NCBI GenBank assembly: GCA_965222605.1
Contig: OZ244960.1
Span: 1,120,001-1,184,000 of the forward strand
Origin: Candidatus Latescibacterota bacterium
GTDB lineage: Bacteria > Latescibacterota > UBA2968
DNA: 64,000 nucleotides
Direction: 5' to 3'
The position numbers and the translations under genes were made by a program. How positions within the stretch are numbered: position 1 is the stretch's first letter; every line of letters begins with the position of its first letter. This document shows, piece by piece, positions 1-9,071 of this stretch. The notes under the pieces are model-generated. The model did not search any database and had not been told where the DNA came from. It saw only the letters and a program-made list of their open reading frames with translations.

Positions 1-161
1 CTGGAGAAACAGTACCGCAGCCAATAGCTGACCGCACCTACAGCGGAAAATTCATAGTACGCCTGCCACCGGAATCGCACCGTGCCCTTGCTATACAAGC
101 GGCGGAACAAGGAGTGAGCCTGAATCGCCTTGTGAGTGCGCGACTTGCAAACACTACCTGA
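1..161 (+). CDS. hicB: HicB-family antitoxin, C-terminal part (5' end outside window)
   Basis: Manual translation from base 3: GETVPQPIADRTYSGKFIVRLPPESHRALAIQAAEQGVSLNRLVSARLANTT*. YSGKFxVRxxPExHxxLxxxAxxxGVSLN is the HicB ribbon-helix-helix signature. Confidence 0.85.
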   Translation, partial: GETVPQPIADRTYSGKFIVRLPPESHRALAIQAAEQGVSLNRLVSARLANTT

Positions 162-206
162 TTGATATTGCAGAATGATGAGTTCTTCTTGTGAGAGGAG
201 TTCGTG

Positions 207-1151
207 ATGAAAGCTATTAAAAAATTTGAACTGGATTATAAAACAGAGAGTATAGGACAATCGCTGATCTTACAGGCAGATTGTTTTGAATGGTTCGGCC
301 GGATACCTGAAAATAGCATCCATGCAGTTGTAACTGATCCGCCTTATGGCGTTAAAGAATACGATTTGAAACAACTGAAAAAAAGGCAAGATAATAATGG
401 AGGGATCTGGCGTATCCCGCCCTCATTTGACGGTCATAAACGCGCACCTTTGCCCAGATTTACAGCGTTAAATCAGAAAGAGCGCGAGACCTTAGAGCGA
501 TTTTTTGTAGAATGGGCGCAGCTGGTAGCCAATGCACTGCGACCAGGTGGTCATGTATTTATTGCAACCAATGTGTTTCTCTCTCAGTTGGTTCTTTCGG
601 CACTGGTGAAGGGCGGATTGGAGTTTCGAGGTCAGTTGATTCGGCTTGTGCGAACACTTCGTGGTGGGGACCGCCCTAAGAATGCCGAAAAGGAATTTTC
701 CGAGGTATCGTCTATGCCGAGAGGTTGTCACGAACCCTGGGGAATTCTACGAAAGCCAATGCTTCCAAAGATGAAGGTGAGTGACTGTCTGAGAGAATTT
801 CAAACAGGAGGACTGAGAAGGCGTCCTGATGGCACGCCATTTGGCGACGTGATTATGAGTGAACGAACTCCGCGAAAGGAACGAGATATTGCGGATCATC
901 CCAGCCTAAAGCCGCAATCGTTCCTCCGTCAGATCGTATATGCAGCACTTCCGCTTGGAGAGGGTGTGGTTGTTGATCCGTTTATGGGGTCAGGATCCAC
1001 AATTGCAGCAGCAGAGGCCGTGGGTATCTCATCTATTGGGATAGAAAGACATCGAGAGTATTTTGAGATGAGCAGTGAGGTGATTCCAAAGTTGGCAGTT
1101 TTAAAATCTCCGGGTAGTATTAGTTTGGATGCACAACTTCAATTATTGTAA
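207..1151 (+). CDS. Site-specific DNA methyltransferase (N6-A/N4-C, beta class)
   Basis: Motif IV DPPY near the N-terminus; HPSLKP and motif I DPFMGSGST near the C-terminus; RBS GAGGAG at 195-200. Confidence 0.9.
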   Translation: MKAIKKFELDYKTESIGQSLILQADCFEWFGRIPENSIHAVVTDPPYGVKEYDLKQLKKRQDNNGGIWRIPPSFDGHKRAPLPRFTALNQKERETLERFFVEWAQLVANALRPGGHVFIATNVFLSQLVLSALVKGGLEFRGQLIRLVRTLRGGDRPKNAEKEFSEVSSMPRGCHEPWGILRKPMLPKMKVSDCLREFQTGGLRRRPDGTPFGDVIMSERTPRKERDIADHPSLKPQSFLRQIVYAALPLGEGVVVDPFMGSGSTIAAAEAVGISSIGIERHREYFEMSSEVIPKLAVLKSPGSISLDAQLQLL

Positions 1152-1787
1152 GTCAGGTGCTTTATAGATCCAGTTTTCCATCATTTTTTGATAACCTGAA
1201 TTGGCTACACTGGCAGTGATCGTCCTGCGACTGGTACTGCTTCGACCAGAGAACCGCCAATCGTCTTTTGTTAGAGATGCTCCGACAACCATAAGAAATC
1301 GAAAGGGCATTGGGGCTATCCCTTTTGAAGCGTCAATTGGCCGATTGCTCTCAAATACAAATACCAAAAGCCAGCTATCCTCCGGGTTGTGACCTTGCCA
1401 TCCTCTTAAATAGCGCGATGCTTTGACTTCAATACCCTCATCGGCGTACTGGACAGCATCTTCAGGGAAAATGCCAGCGGGGAGTAAGTCTGGATGTCCA
1501 TTGTGATATAGGTTTTTAACAAGACCGGGGCAATATTTAGGAATATTGGCATTCATGAATTCACTTACCATACTACTAAAATTTGCTGGCATTAACATAG
1601 ATTCGAGACGTGGTATTTTTTTTACGTGAAGTTGCTCATTGACAAATCCCAAAAAGTCGATAAACACATTCATCGCAAGCTGAATGTGTTGCGTTTTGCA
1701 TCCGTACGGCAAGTGTGCAGCAGGATTAAAATTTTTGGTCTCAACAGGTTGCGGGCTACACGCTATTGCTTCAGCGTTTTGGCTCAT
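1143..1787 (-). CDS. Putative type II restriction endonuclease (PD-(D/E)xK fold)
   Basis: HPDLL...GIEVKAS catalytic-like motif; convergent with the MTase and overlapping it by 9 bp; start moved to MSQN because of a GGAGG RBS. Confidence 0.65.
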   Translation of the reverse strand: MSQNAEAIACSPQPVETKNFNPAAHLPYGCKTQHIQLAMNVFIDFLGFVNEQLHVKKIPRLESMLMPANFSSMVSEFMNANIPKYCPGLVKNLYHNGHPDLLPAGIFPEDAVQYADEGIEVKASRYLRGWQGHNPEDSWLLVFVFESNRPIDASKGIAPMPFRFLMVVGASLTKDDWRFSGRSSTSRRTITASVANSGYQKMMENWIYKAPDLQ

Positions 1788-1953
1788 GCTAAATTTCCCT
1801 CCTGAACTATAATGTGTATCACATTGGTACCAGATAAGCAGATTGATCAAAGTTACGCCTGATATTTTCAATAAGTCAACACCTTTCTCTGCGAGATTTG
1901 AAAAGCCGACAGGCAGGAGGTAGGTCAAGCGCGCCCTTGTTTGGTTTTAGTCG

Positions 1954-1981
1954 TTGACAAGGAATGGCAGATTTCTATATT
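1954..1981 (+). promoter_or_regulatory. Sigma70-type promoter
   Basis: TTGACA-16 nt-TATATT upstream of the Gfo/Idh/MocA gene. Confidence 0.55.
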
Positions 1982-2029
1982 CATGCGGCTTTTGAGAAAC
2001 TATAGACGCACATAGAACAAGGAGGGATT

Positions 2030-3187
2030 ATGGAACTCAACATCGGCATGATCGGATATTCATTCATGGGCAAAGCGCACAGCAATGGATTCCGCCAATT
2101 GCCCGCATTTTTTCCCGAACTCAGAGTAAAACCCGTATTAAAAGTAATCTGTGGGCGCAACCACGATGCCGTAAAAGATGCGGCTGAAACATATCAATGG
2201 GAAGAATACGAAACCGACTGGGAAAAAGTCGTCGCCCGAGACGATATCGACGTCATCGACATCTGCACACCCGGCGACCAGCACCTGCCCATGGCACTGG
2301 CAGCACTGAAAGCAGGCAAACACGTCATCTGTGAAAAACCTCTCACAAACACCCTCGCAGAAGCCAGAGAATTGTTGGCAGTGGCTGAAAACACGGACAA
2401 AAAAACCATGGTTGCATTCAACTACCGCCGCGTGCCCGCTGTGGCATTGGCGCGGCAATTGATCGCCGAAGGGCGGATTGGGGAAATTTATCACTGGCGC
2501 GCCGTGTACTTGCAAGACTGGATCATCGATCCCGACTTCCCACTCGTCTGGCGATTGGAAAGAGACAAAGCGGGTTCGGGACCGCACGGTGACTTGAACG
2601 CACATATCATCGACCTCGCCCTGCATCTCGTAGGCGACATCGACAGTGTGGTCGGCGCAGATACCACCTTCATCAAAGAACGCCCAATGCTGGAAGCCGT
2701 TGATGGGGGTCTGGGTGCTCAAGGCGGCGAACAGATGGGCAAGGTGACAGTTGACGATGCCACAATGTTTTTGGCCCGATTTCAAAATGGCGCGCTCGGC
2801 ACATTTGAAGCCACGCGATTTGCTGCCGGGCGGCGCAACTACAACCACTTTGAAATTAACGGAAGCAAAGGAAGTATTGCGTTCAACCTCCAAAAAATGA
2901 ACGAATTGCAATTCTATTCGCGCGACGACGAAGATCACATTCAGGGCTTCCGCGAAATTATTGTAGGTGAAGGCAGTCAACCCTTTATGGACGCGTGGTG
3001 GCCGCCGGGACACATTATCGGCTGGGAACACACATTCACGCATGAATTCAGGGATTTCTTTGAAGCGATTGCACAGGATGGAACCTTTTCACCTGACTTT
3101 ACCGAAGGCACAAAGGTGCAGGCCGTCCTGGAAGCCGTAGTCGATTCGGCAGCGACAAAAACCTGGCAAGACGTACCCAAAATTTGA
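2030..3187 (+). CDS. Gfo/Idh/MocA oxidoreductase (levoglucosan/glycoside 3-dehydrogenase-like)
   Basis: IGYSFMGKAH Rossmann start, CEKP, AFNYRR, YLQDW, GSGxxGDxxxH. Confidence 0.9.
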   Translation: MELNIGMIGYSFMGKAHSNGFRQLPAFFPELRVKPVLKVICGRNHDAVKDAAETYQWEEYETDWEKVVARDDIDVIDICTPGDQHLPMALAALKAGKHVICEKPLTNTLAEARELLAVAENTDKKTMVAFNYRRVPAVALARQLIAEGRIGEIYHWRAVYLQDWIIDPDFPLVWRLERDKAGSGPHGDLNAHIIDLALHLVGDIDSVVGADTTFIKERPMLEAVDGGLGAQGGEQMGKVTVDDATMFLARFQNGALGTFEATRFAAGRRNYNHFEINGSKGSIAFNLQKMNELQFYSRDDEDHIQGFREIIVGEGSQPFMDAWWPPGHIIGWEHTFTHEFRDFFEAIAQDGTFSPDFTEGTKVQAVLEAVVDSAATKTWQDVPKI

Positions 3188-3207
3188 GATAGAACAGGAG
3201 TGAAGAA

Positions 3208-4206
3208 ATGGCAAGACCAGTTACGTTATTCACCGGACAGTGGGCGGACTTGACACTGGAAGTCATGTTGCAAAAAGCCAGAGACTTTGGCTATGACGGC
3301 GTGGAACTCGCCTGTTGGGGCGACCACATGGACGTGCGCGAAGCCGCATCGAATGACGGCTATGTACGCGAAAAAAAGGAATTGCTCGAGCAATACAGCA
3401 TGCAGTGCTTTGCCATTAGCAATCACCTCGCTGGGCAGGCGGTATGCGACAACATCGACGCGCGGCACGAGGCGATTTTGCCGCCCCATGTGTGGGGTGA
3501 TAGCGACCCCGAAGGCGTGCGACAACGCGCCGCCGAAGAAATGATGGCAACAGCCGAAGCTGCAAAAGCCATGGGCCTGACCGTGGTCAATGGCTTTACC
3601 GGATCCTCAATCTGGCATCTGTTGTATTCTTTCCCCCCGGTTTCACCCGATCAAATCGATGCGGGATTTAGCGACTTTGCGGATCGCTGGAACCCGATTC
3701 TGGATGTCTTTCAAAAGAACGATGTGCGGTTCGCACTCGAAGTGCATCCAACGGAAATCGCATTTGATATTGCTTCGGCTGCTCGGGCATTAGAGGCACT
3801 GGAAAATCGACCAGAATTTGGCTTCAATTACGACCCCAGCCACCTGGTCTATCAAAATGTGGATTATGTTGGTTTTATCCGCGAGTTCAGCGACCGGATC
3901 TATCACGTCCACATGAAAGATGCGTACCTGTCGCCCAACCCCAAACGAGCGGGTATATTTGGCGGGCATACAGATTTCGGCGATCCAGACCGCAGTTGGG
4001 ACTTCCGTTCAGTGGGTCGCGGCAGCGTGGATTTCGAAGAAATTATTCGCGCATTAAACGACATTGGCTACGAGGGACCGCTCTCAATCGAGTGGGAAGA
4101 TTCGGGTATGGACCGCGAACACGGCGCAACCGAATCCTGTGCCTTTGTCAATGATATCGACTTTGAACCCTCAGATGTGGCATTTGACGCGGCATTTGAA
4201 GAGTAG
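3208..4206 (+). CDS. Sugar phosphate isomerase/epimerase (xylose-isomerase-like TIM barrel, IolE-like)
   Basis: [33 protein letters not shown] metal-binding motifs. Confidence 0.88.
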   Translation: MARPVTLFTGQWADLTLEVMLQKARDFGYDGVELACWGDHMDVREAASNDGYVREKKELLEQYSMQCFAISNHLAGQAVCDNIDARHEAILPPHVWGDSDPEGVRQRAAEEMMATAEAAKAMGLTVVNGFTGSSIWHLLYSFPPVSPDQIDAGFSDFADRWNPILDVFQKNDVRFALEVHPTEIAFDIASAARALEALENRPEFGFNYDPSHLVYQNVDYVGFIREFSDRIYHVHMKDAYLSPNPKRAGIFGGHTDFGDPDRSWDFRSVGRGSVDFEEIIRALNDIGYEGPLSIEWEDSGMDREHGATESCAFVNDIDFEPSDVAFDAAFEE

Positions 4207-4227
4207 TACAGTGATCAGCGATCAACA

Positions 4228-4286
4228 GTCAGCCCTCCCATCCACCACCCAAATAGGGCGGGATGGTGAGGGCTGACATTTTTTTG
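4228..4286 (+). terminator. Hairpin plus T-tract (intrinsic terminator or attenuator)
   Basis: GTCAGCCCTC...GAGGGCTGAC followed by a T run. Confidence 0.6.
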
Positions 4287-4297
4287 GGGAACACACA

Positions 4298-5851
4298 ATG
4301 GCACGCTATCTATTTCTCGCAATATTGATGTTAATAACCGCTTGTGGACAACAAACCGGGAACACGGTTGTTTTTGGGCGCGGTGGCGATTCCGTGGGAT
4401 TGGACCCCGCGCTGGAGACAGACGGCGAGTCGTTTAAGGTATGCGACAATATTTACGAGACACTCGTCACATTTGTGCCCGAACGCACCGACCTCGCACC
4501 CGGATTGGCCGCTTCCTGGCAAGCGTCAGAAGATGGTTTGACCTGGACATTTCGTTTGCAGGAAAATGTCGTCTTTCACGACGGCACACCCTTTAACGCC
4601 GATGCCGTCGTTTTTTCACTCGCGCGGCAATTCAAGGCCGATCACCCTTTTCACAAAGTAGAAGGCGCGTATCAATACTGGTCGAGCATGTCCATGAGCG
4701 ATATTGTAAAAGATGTCCGCAAAATAGACGACCTGACCGTGTCCATTGATCTAAAACGCCCCAATGCGCCTTTCCTCTCAAATCTGGCGATGAATTTCTG
4801 CGCCATCGTCAGCCCTGTTGCCGTAAAAAAATGGGGGGCTGATTTTGCGCGGCATCCGGTAGGCACGGGTCCGTTTCGCTTTGTCGATTGGATCAAAGAT
4901 GACCGCGTGGTATTAGAACGCAATCCCGATTATTGGGGACCAGCACCCAAAATTGATCGCCTGATTTTCAGAAGTATTCCCGAAAATTCCGTCCGACTCA
5001 TCACCCTAACCCAGGGGTCTATTGATGGCATGGACAACCTGGTGCCAGACTTTTTGCCGACAATTGAATCGGATGAAAATCTCGCATTGCTGTCTCAGCC
5101 GGGGATGAACGTGGGCTATCTGGCGATGAACATGGACAAAGAGCCATTCCAGGACCTCAATGTGCGGCGTGCCATAAACCACGCGATCAACAAACAGGCA
5201 CTAATCGATAACTTATATCAGGGCCTGGCCATTCCAGCGGTCAATCCAATTCCGCCAACGCTCTGGAGTTATCGGCAAGAAACACCCGGATATAAATACG
5301 ACCCAGAAAAAGCCAGAGCAATCCTATCCGACGCGGGATTCCCAAACGGATTCAAAACCACCCTCTGGGCCATGCCCGTCCCCCGGCCCTACATGCCACA
5401 ACCCCTGAAAATCGCCCAGGCAATCCAGGCCGATTTACAAATAGTCGGCATCGAAGCTGAAATCGTCACTTATGAATGGGGAACATATCTGGATAAAGTC
5501 CAGCGTGGGCAGCACGACATGGCATTGCTGGGATGGACCGGAGACAACGGCGACCCCGACAACTTTCTCTACGTTTTGCTGGACAAAAGCGCGACCAAAA
5601 TGCCGGCCAATAACATTTCCTTTTATCGCAGCGATCCGCTGCACGACGTATTGGTGGCTGCCCAGAAAGAATCCGACAAAGCAAAACGCACGGCCCTGTA
5701 TCAACAGGCTCAAGAAATCGTCTTTCACGACGCCCCCTGGGTACCCCTGGTACACGCAACCCAAACAGCGGCATTCCGCACCCGCGTCAAAGGCTTTAAG
5801 CTACACCCCACCGGGAGCAAATGGTTTCACGATGTGATGATTGAAGAGTAA
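4298..5851 (+). CDS. dppA: Dipeptide/oligopeptide ABC transporter substrate-binding lipoprotein
   Basis: Lipobox ITAC, GTGPF, NVGYLAMN, GWTGDNGDPDNF: family 5 solute-binding protein. Confidence 0.9.
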   Translation: MARYLFLAILMLITACGQQTGNTVVFGRGGDSVGLDPALETDGESFKVCDNIYETLVTFVPERTDLAPGLAASWQASEDGLTWTFRLQENVVFHDGTPFNADAVVFSLARQFKADHPFHKVEGAYQYWSSMSMSDIVKDVRKIDDLTVSIDLKRPNAPFLSNLAMNFCAIVSPVAVKKWGADFARHPVGTGPFRFVDWIKDDRVVLERNPDYWGPAPKIDRLIFRSIPENSVRLITLTQGSIDGMDNLVPDFLPTIESDENLALLSQPGMNVGYLAMNMDKEPFQDLNVRRAINHAINKQALIDNLYQGLAIPAVNPIPPTLWSYRQETPGYKYDPEKARAILSDAGFPNGFKTTLWAMPVPRPYMPQPLKIAQAIQADLQIVGIEAEIVTYEWGTYLDKVQRGQHDMALLGWTGDNGDPDNFLYVLLDKSATKMPANNISFYRSDPLHDVLVAAQKESDKAKRTALYQQAQEIVFHDAPWVPLVHATQTAAFRTRVKGFKLHPTGSKWFHDVMIEE

Positions 5852-6127
5852 ACGATCAGACGGGAATGGCGTAAGAAGGGGCAACCTATCGAAAAAAATG
5901 GAAACTGGGACAAATTTTGGACAATAGGACAAATTTTGGGCATTGACTTTGTCAACGCTTGTATTATCGTACACCAATACTGTAGAACAGTTTTTTATAG
6001 ATGTGTTAAAAAGTACCGTTCACGCAGATTAAGGTGTCTTAGATGTGATGCCAACATGCACTATTTAAGCCCGGCAAATCTGTTCACACTATTGTGTGGC
6101 TGAAGTCTAAAATGAAAAGAAAAACCA

Positions 6128-9046
6128 ATGCGTAACCTGATTTTGTTCACACTATCCACACTCACGCTTTTGATACATCCGCTGTCTCTTCCAGCGCAGA
6201 ATAGCTTTTCTTTTTCCATAGATGCGAACACTGCGACGGGTGATCAAGCGGTCACATCTGTTAATGTATCCCCGGACTTTGATGGCGATGGTATGGTTGG
6301 CTTCTCTGACTTTTTGGCGTTGTCAGGTCTGTTTGGGGCACGTCAGGGCGATGGGAGGTATGAAGCGAAGTATGATCTGGACAGCGACGGCACAATTGGA
6401 TTTTCCGATTTTCTGATCTTTAGTGCCAGCTTTGGCAAAGAGGTATCTTCCCCTGGGGGTGATACAACGCAGGTTGCCATCCCTGATGCCAATCTGCGTA
6501 CTGTTATCGAAGGTAGTCTCGGCAAGTCAAGCGATGCGCCAATCACTCAGACAGAGATGGCGAGCTTAACTCACCTTGCGGCCCCGAACAAGAATATTCG
6601 CGATCTGACCGGGCTTGAGTTTGCTATTAACCTGATAACGTTAGACCTTGGTGAAGCGGAAGTAAGCGGGTATATAGTGAACAGCAACGAGATATCCAAC
6701 CTTTCGCCGCTATCTAATTTAACCCGACTGGAAACGCTGGAGCTTTCCGACAACAGCATATCGGATGTGACACCGCTATCTAATTTGACCAGCCTAAGAG
6801 TGCTGGATCTTAGCATCAACAGCATATCGGATGTGTCTGCACTGTCAGGACTGACCAGCCTGGAGGAGCTGAGTCTCGTCGGCAACAACATATCGGATGT
6901 GACACCGATAGCTAACTTAACCGGCCTAAGAGTGCTGCAGTTTAGCAGCAACAGCATATCGGATGTGACACCGATAGCTAATTTAACCAGCCTGGAGGGG
7001 TTGAATCTTATCGGCAACAGCATATCGAATGTGGCACCGATAGCTAACTTGACCAGACTGGAATGGCTGTCTCTTGACAATAACAGCATATCGAATATGG
7101 CGCCGCTATCTAATTTGACCAGACTGGAAACGCTGGGTCTTTCCAACAACAGCATATCGGATGTGACACCGCTATCTAACTTGACCAATCTGGAATTGCT
7201 GTTTCTCTCCAGCAACAGCATATCGGATGTAATGCCGCTATCTAATTTGACCCGTCTGGAATTGCTGGAGCTTTCCGACAACAGCATCTCAGACCTCGCG
7301 CCGCTGGTGGCAAACACAGGATTGGGTAGTGGAGATGAGGTTAGGGTGGAGAACAACCCCTTGAGTGCCACATCAATCAACACACACATCCCAGCCCTTC
7401 AGAGCAGAGGGGTTAGTGTACTCTACTCCCGTAGCGGTGGCAGTGGCGGTGGTGGCGGTGGTGGCAGTACAATGAACGTTGTCATTCTGGATGCGAACCT
7501 GCATGCGGCCATTGCGGCAAGTCTCGGCAAGTCGATCCATACGCCAATCACGCAGGCAGAGATGGCTACCTTAACTCGCCTTGATGCATCGAACCTGAAT
7601 ATTCGCGATCTGACCGGACTTGAGTTTGCAATTAACCTGACAGAGTTGGTCCTCGGTGGAAACGAAGGGGGCTTGTGGGAGGGAAACATCAATGAGCTAT
7701 TCAACAACCTTTCGCTATACTTGACCAATCTAATAGAACAATGGATTAACTTTTCCTTCAACTTTTCTGTCAACAGCATATTGGACGTGACGCCACTATC
7801 TAACTTGACCCGTCTGGAATTGCTGGATCTTTCCTACAACAACATATCGGATATGACGACGCTATCTAACTTGACCAATCTGGAAGCCCTGGATCTTTCC
7901 GGCAACAGCATAGCGAATGTGACACCCCTATCTAACTTGACCAGGCTGGAACGGCTGTCTCTTTCCGGCAACAGCATAGCGAATATGTCTGCACTGTCAG
8001 GATTAACGAGTCTGGAAGTGCTGATTCTTTCTGGCACAAGCATATCGAATGTGACACCGATATCTAACTTGATCAATCTGGAAGTGCTGGATCTTTCCTA
8101 CAACAGCATAGCGAATGTGACGCCGATATCTAACTTGACCAATCTGGAATGGCTGATTCTTTCCGGCACAAGCATGGCGGATGTGACACCAATATCTAAC
8201 TTGACCAGGCTAAGAGTCCTATCTCTTTCCGACAACAGCATAGCGAATGTGACGCCGCTTGTGACGCTTCTATCTAACTTGAATAACCTGATATTTCTGG
8301 ATCTTTCCGACAACAGCATATCGAATGTGACGCCACTATCTAACTTGACCAATCTAAGAGCTCTGACTCTTTACGACAACAACATATCAGATGTGACGCC
8401 ACTATCTAACTTGACCCGTCTGGAATGGCTGGATCTTGAAGACAACAGCATATCGAATGTGACGCCGCTATCTAATTTGACCAGCTTGGAATGGCTGGAA
8501 CTTGACAACAACGGCATATCGGATGTGACACCGCTATCCAACTTGACCAATCTAAGATGGCTGGAACTTTACGACAACAGCATATCGGATATGACGCCGA
8601 TATCTAACTCGACCCGCCTGGAATTGCTGTCTCTTTCCGACAACAGCATATCGGATATGACACCGCTATCGAACTTAATCAACCTGAAATTGCTGTCTCT
8701 TTCCGACAACAGTATATCGAATGTGACGCCGATATCTAACTTAATCAACCTGACAGGGTTGGAACTTAACAACAACAGCATCTCAGACCTCGCGCCGCTG
8801 GTGGCAAACACGGGATTGGGTGAAGGAGATGAGGTTGATGTGAGGAACAACCCCTTGAGTGCCACATCAATCAACATACACATTCCAGCCCTTGAGAGCA
8901 GAGGGGTTGAGGTAGATTTTAGCGCATCGAAGCCCACGATAAAAAACAAAGAACTGAGGATACCCCTCCGGATGATAGAACCGTTGGGGATGAAAAAATG
9001 GAAGGTGGGCGATAATTTGAGAAACGGTCGCTTGAATAATTTTTGA
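6128..9046 (+). CDS. Secreted internalin-like LRR protein with N-terminal dockerin/EF-hand-like module
   Basis: Signal peptide; DFDGDGMVGFSDFL...DLDSDGTIGFSDFL; about 24 22-aa LRRs in two capped blocks joined by a Gly-rich linker. Confidence 0.9.
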   Translation: MRNLILFTLSTLTLLIHPLSLPAQNSFSFSIDANTATGDQAVTSVNVSPDFDGDGMVGFSDFLALSGLFGARQGDGRYEAKYDLDSDGTIGFSDFLIFSASFGKEVSSPGGDTTQVAIPDANLRTVIEGSLGKSSDAPITQTEMASLTHLAAPNKNIRDLTGLEFAINLITLDLGEAEVSGYIVNSNEISNLSPLSNLTRLETLELSDNSISDVTPLSNLTSLRVLDLSINSISDVSALSGLTSLEELSLVGNNISDVTPIANLTGLRVLQFSSNSISDVTPIANLTSLEGLNLIGNSISNVAPIANLTRLEWLSLDNNSISNMAPLSNLTRLETLGLSNNSISDVTPLSNLTNLELLFLSSNSISDVMPLSNLTRLELLELSDNSISDLAPLVANTGLGSGDEVRVENNPLSATSINTHIPALQSRGVSVLYSRSGGSGGGGGGGSTMNVVILDANLHAAIAASLGKSIHTPITQAEMATLTRLDASNLNIRDLTGLEFAINLTELVLGGNEGGLWEGNINELFNNLSLYLTNLIEQWINFSFNFSVNSILDVTPLSNLTRLELLDLSYNNISDMTTLSNLTNLEALDLSGNSIANVTPLSNLTRLERLSLSGNSIANMSALSGLTSLEVLILSGTSISNVTPISNLINLEVLDLSYNSIANVTPISNLTNLEWLILSGTSMADVTPISNLTRLRVLSLSDNSIANVTPLVTLLSNLNNLIFLDLSDNSISNVTPLSNLTNLRALTLYDNNISDVTPLSNLTRLEWLDLEDNSISNVTPLSNLTSLEWLELDNNGISDVTPLSNLTNLRWLELYDNSISDMTPISNSTRLELLSLSDNSISDMTPLSNLINLKLLSLSDNSISNVTPISNLINLTGLELNNNSISDLAPLVANTGLGEGDEVDVRNNPLSATSINIHIPALESRGVEVDFSASKPTIKNKELRIPLRMIEPLGMKKWKVGDNLRNGRLNNF
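6685..7290 (+). repeat. 66-bp tandem LRR-coding repeats, block 1 (about 9 units)
   Basis: Recurring AACAGCATATCGGATGTGACACCG..ATCTAA.TTGACC at a 66-nt period. Confidence 0.9.
7770..8790 (+). repeat. 66-bp tandem LRR-coding repeats, block 2 (about 15 units)
   Basis: Same unit as block 1; the C-cap sequence (ISDLAPLVANTGLG...SRGV) is duplicated at ~7278-7412 and ~8773-8908. Confidence 0.9.
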
Positions 9047-9071
9047 TTCTTCATCCCAGAGAATTAACACC

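Noticed and set aside
2138-3043. Long antisense or alternate-frame ORFs (this one, 6571-7389, 19445-20125, 28661-29353 and others)
   Set aside because: Shadows of well-supported genes, with no motifs of their own.
5908-5955. GGACAAATTTTGG direct repeat and TTGACTTTGTCAA palindrome upstream of the LRR gene
   Set aside because: Possible operator, but only two copies and no identifiable regulator; too weak to call.
6685-8790. 66-bp periodic repeats resembling a CRISPR array
   Set aside because: The units are in-frame LRR codons within one long ORF, there are no unique spacers, and no cas genes are present.
6128-9046. LRR variability as a diversity-generating retroelement target
   Set aside because: No reverse transcriptase or template repeat in the window, and variation is not limited to adenines.
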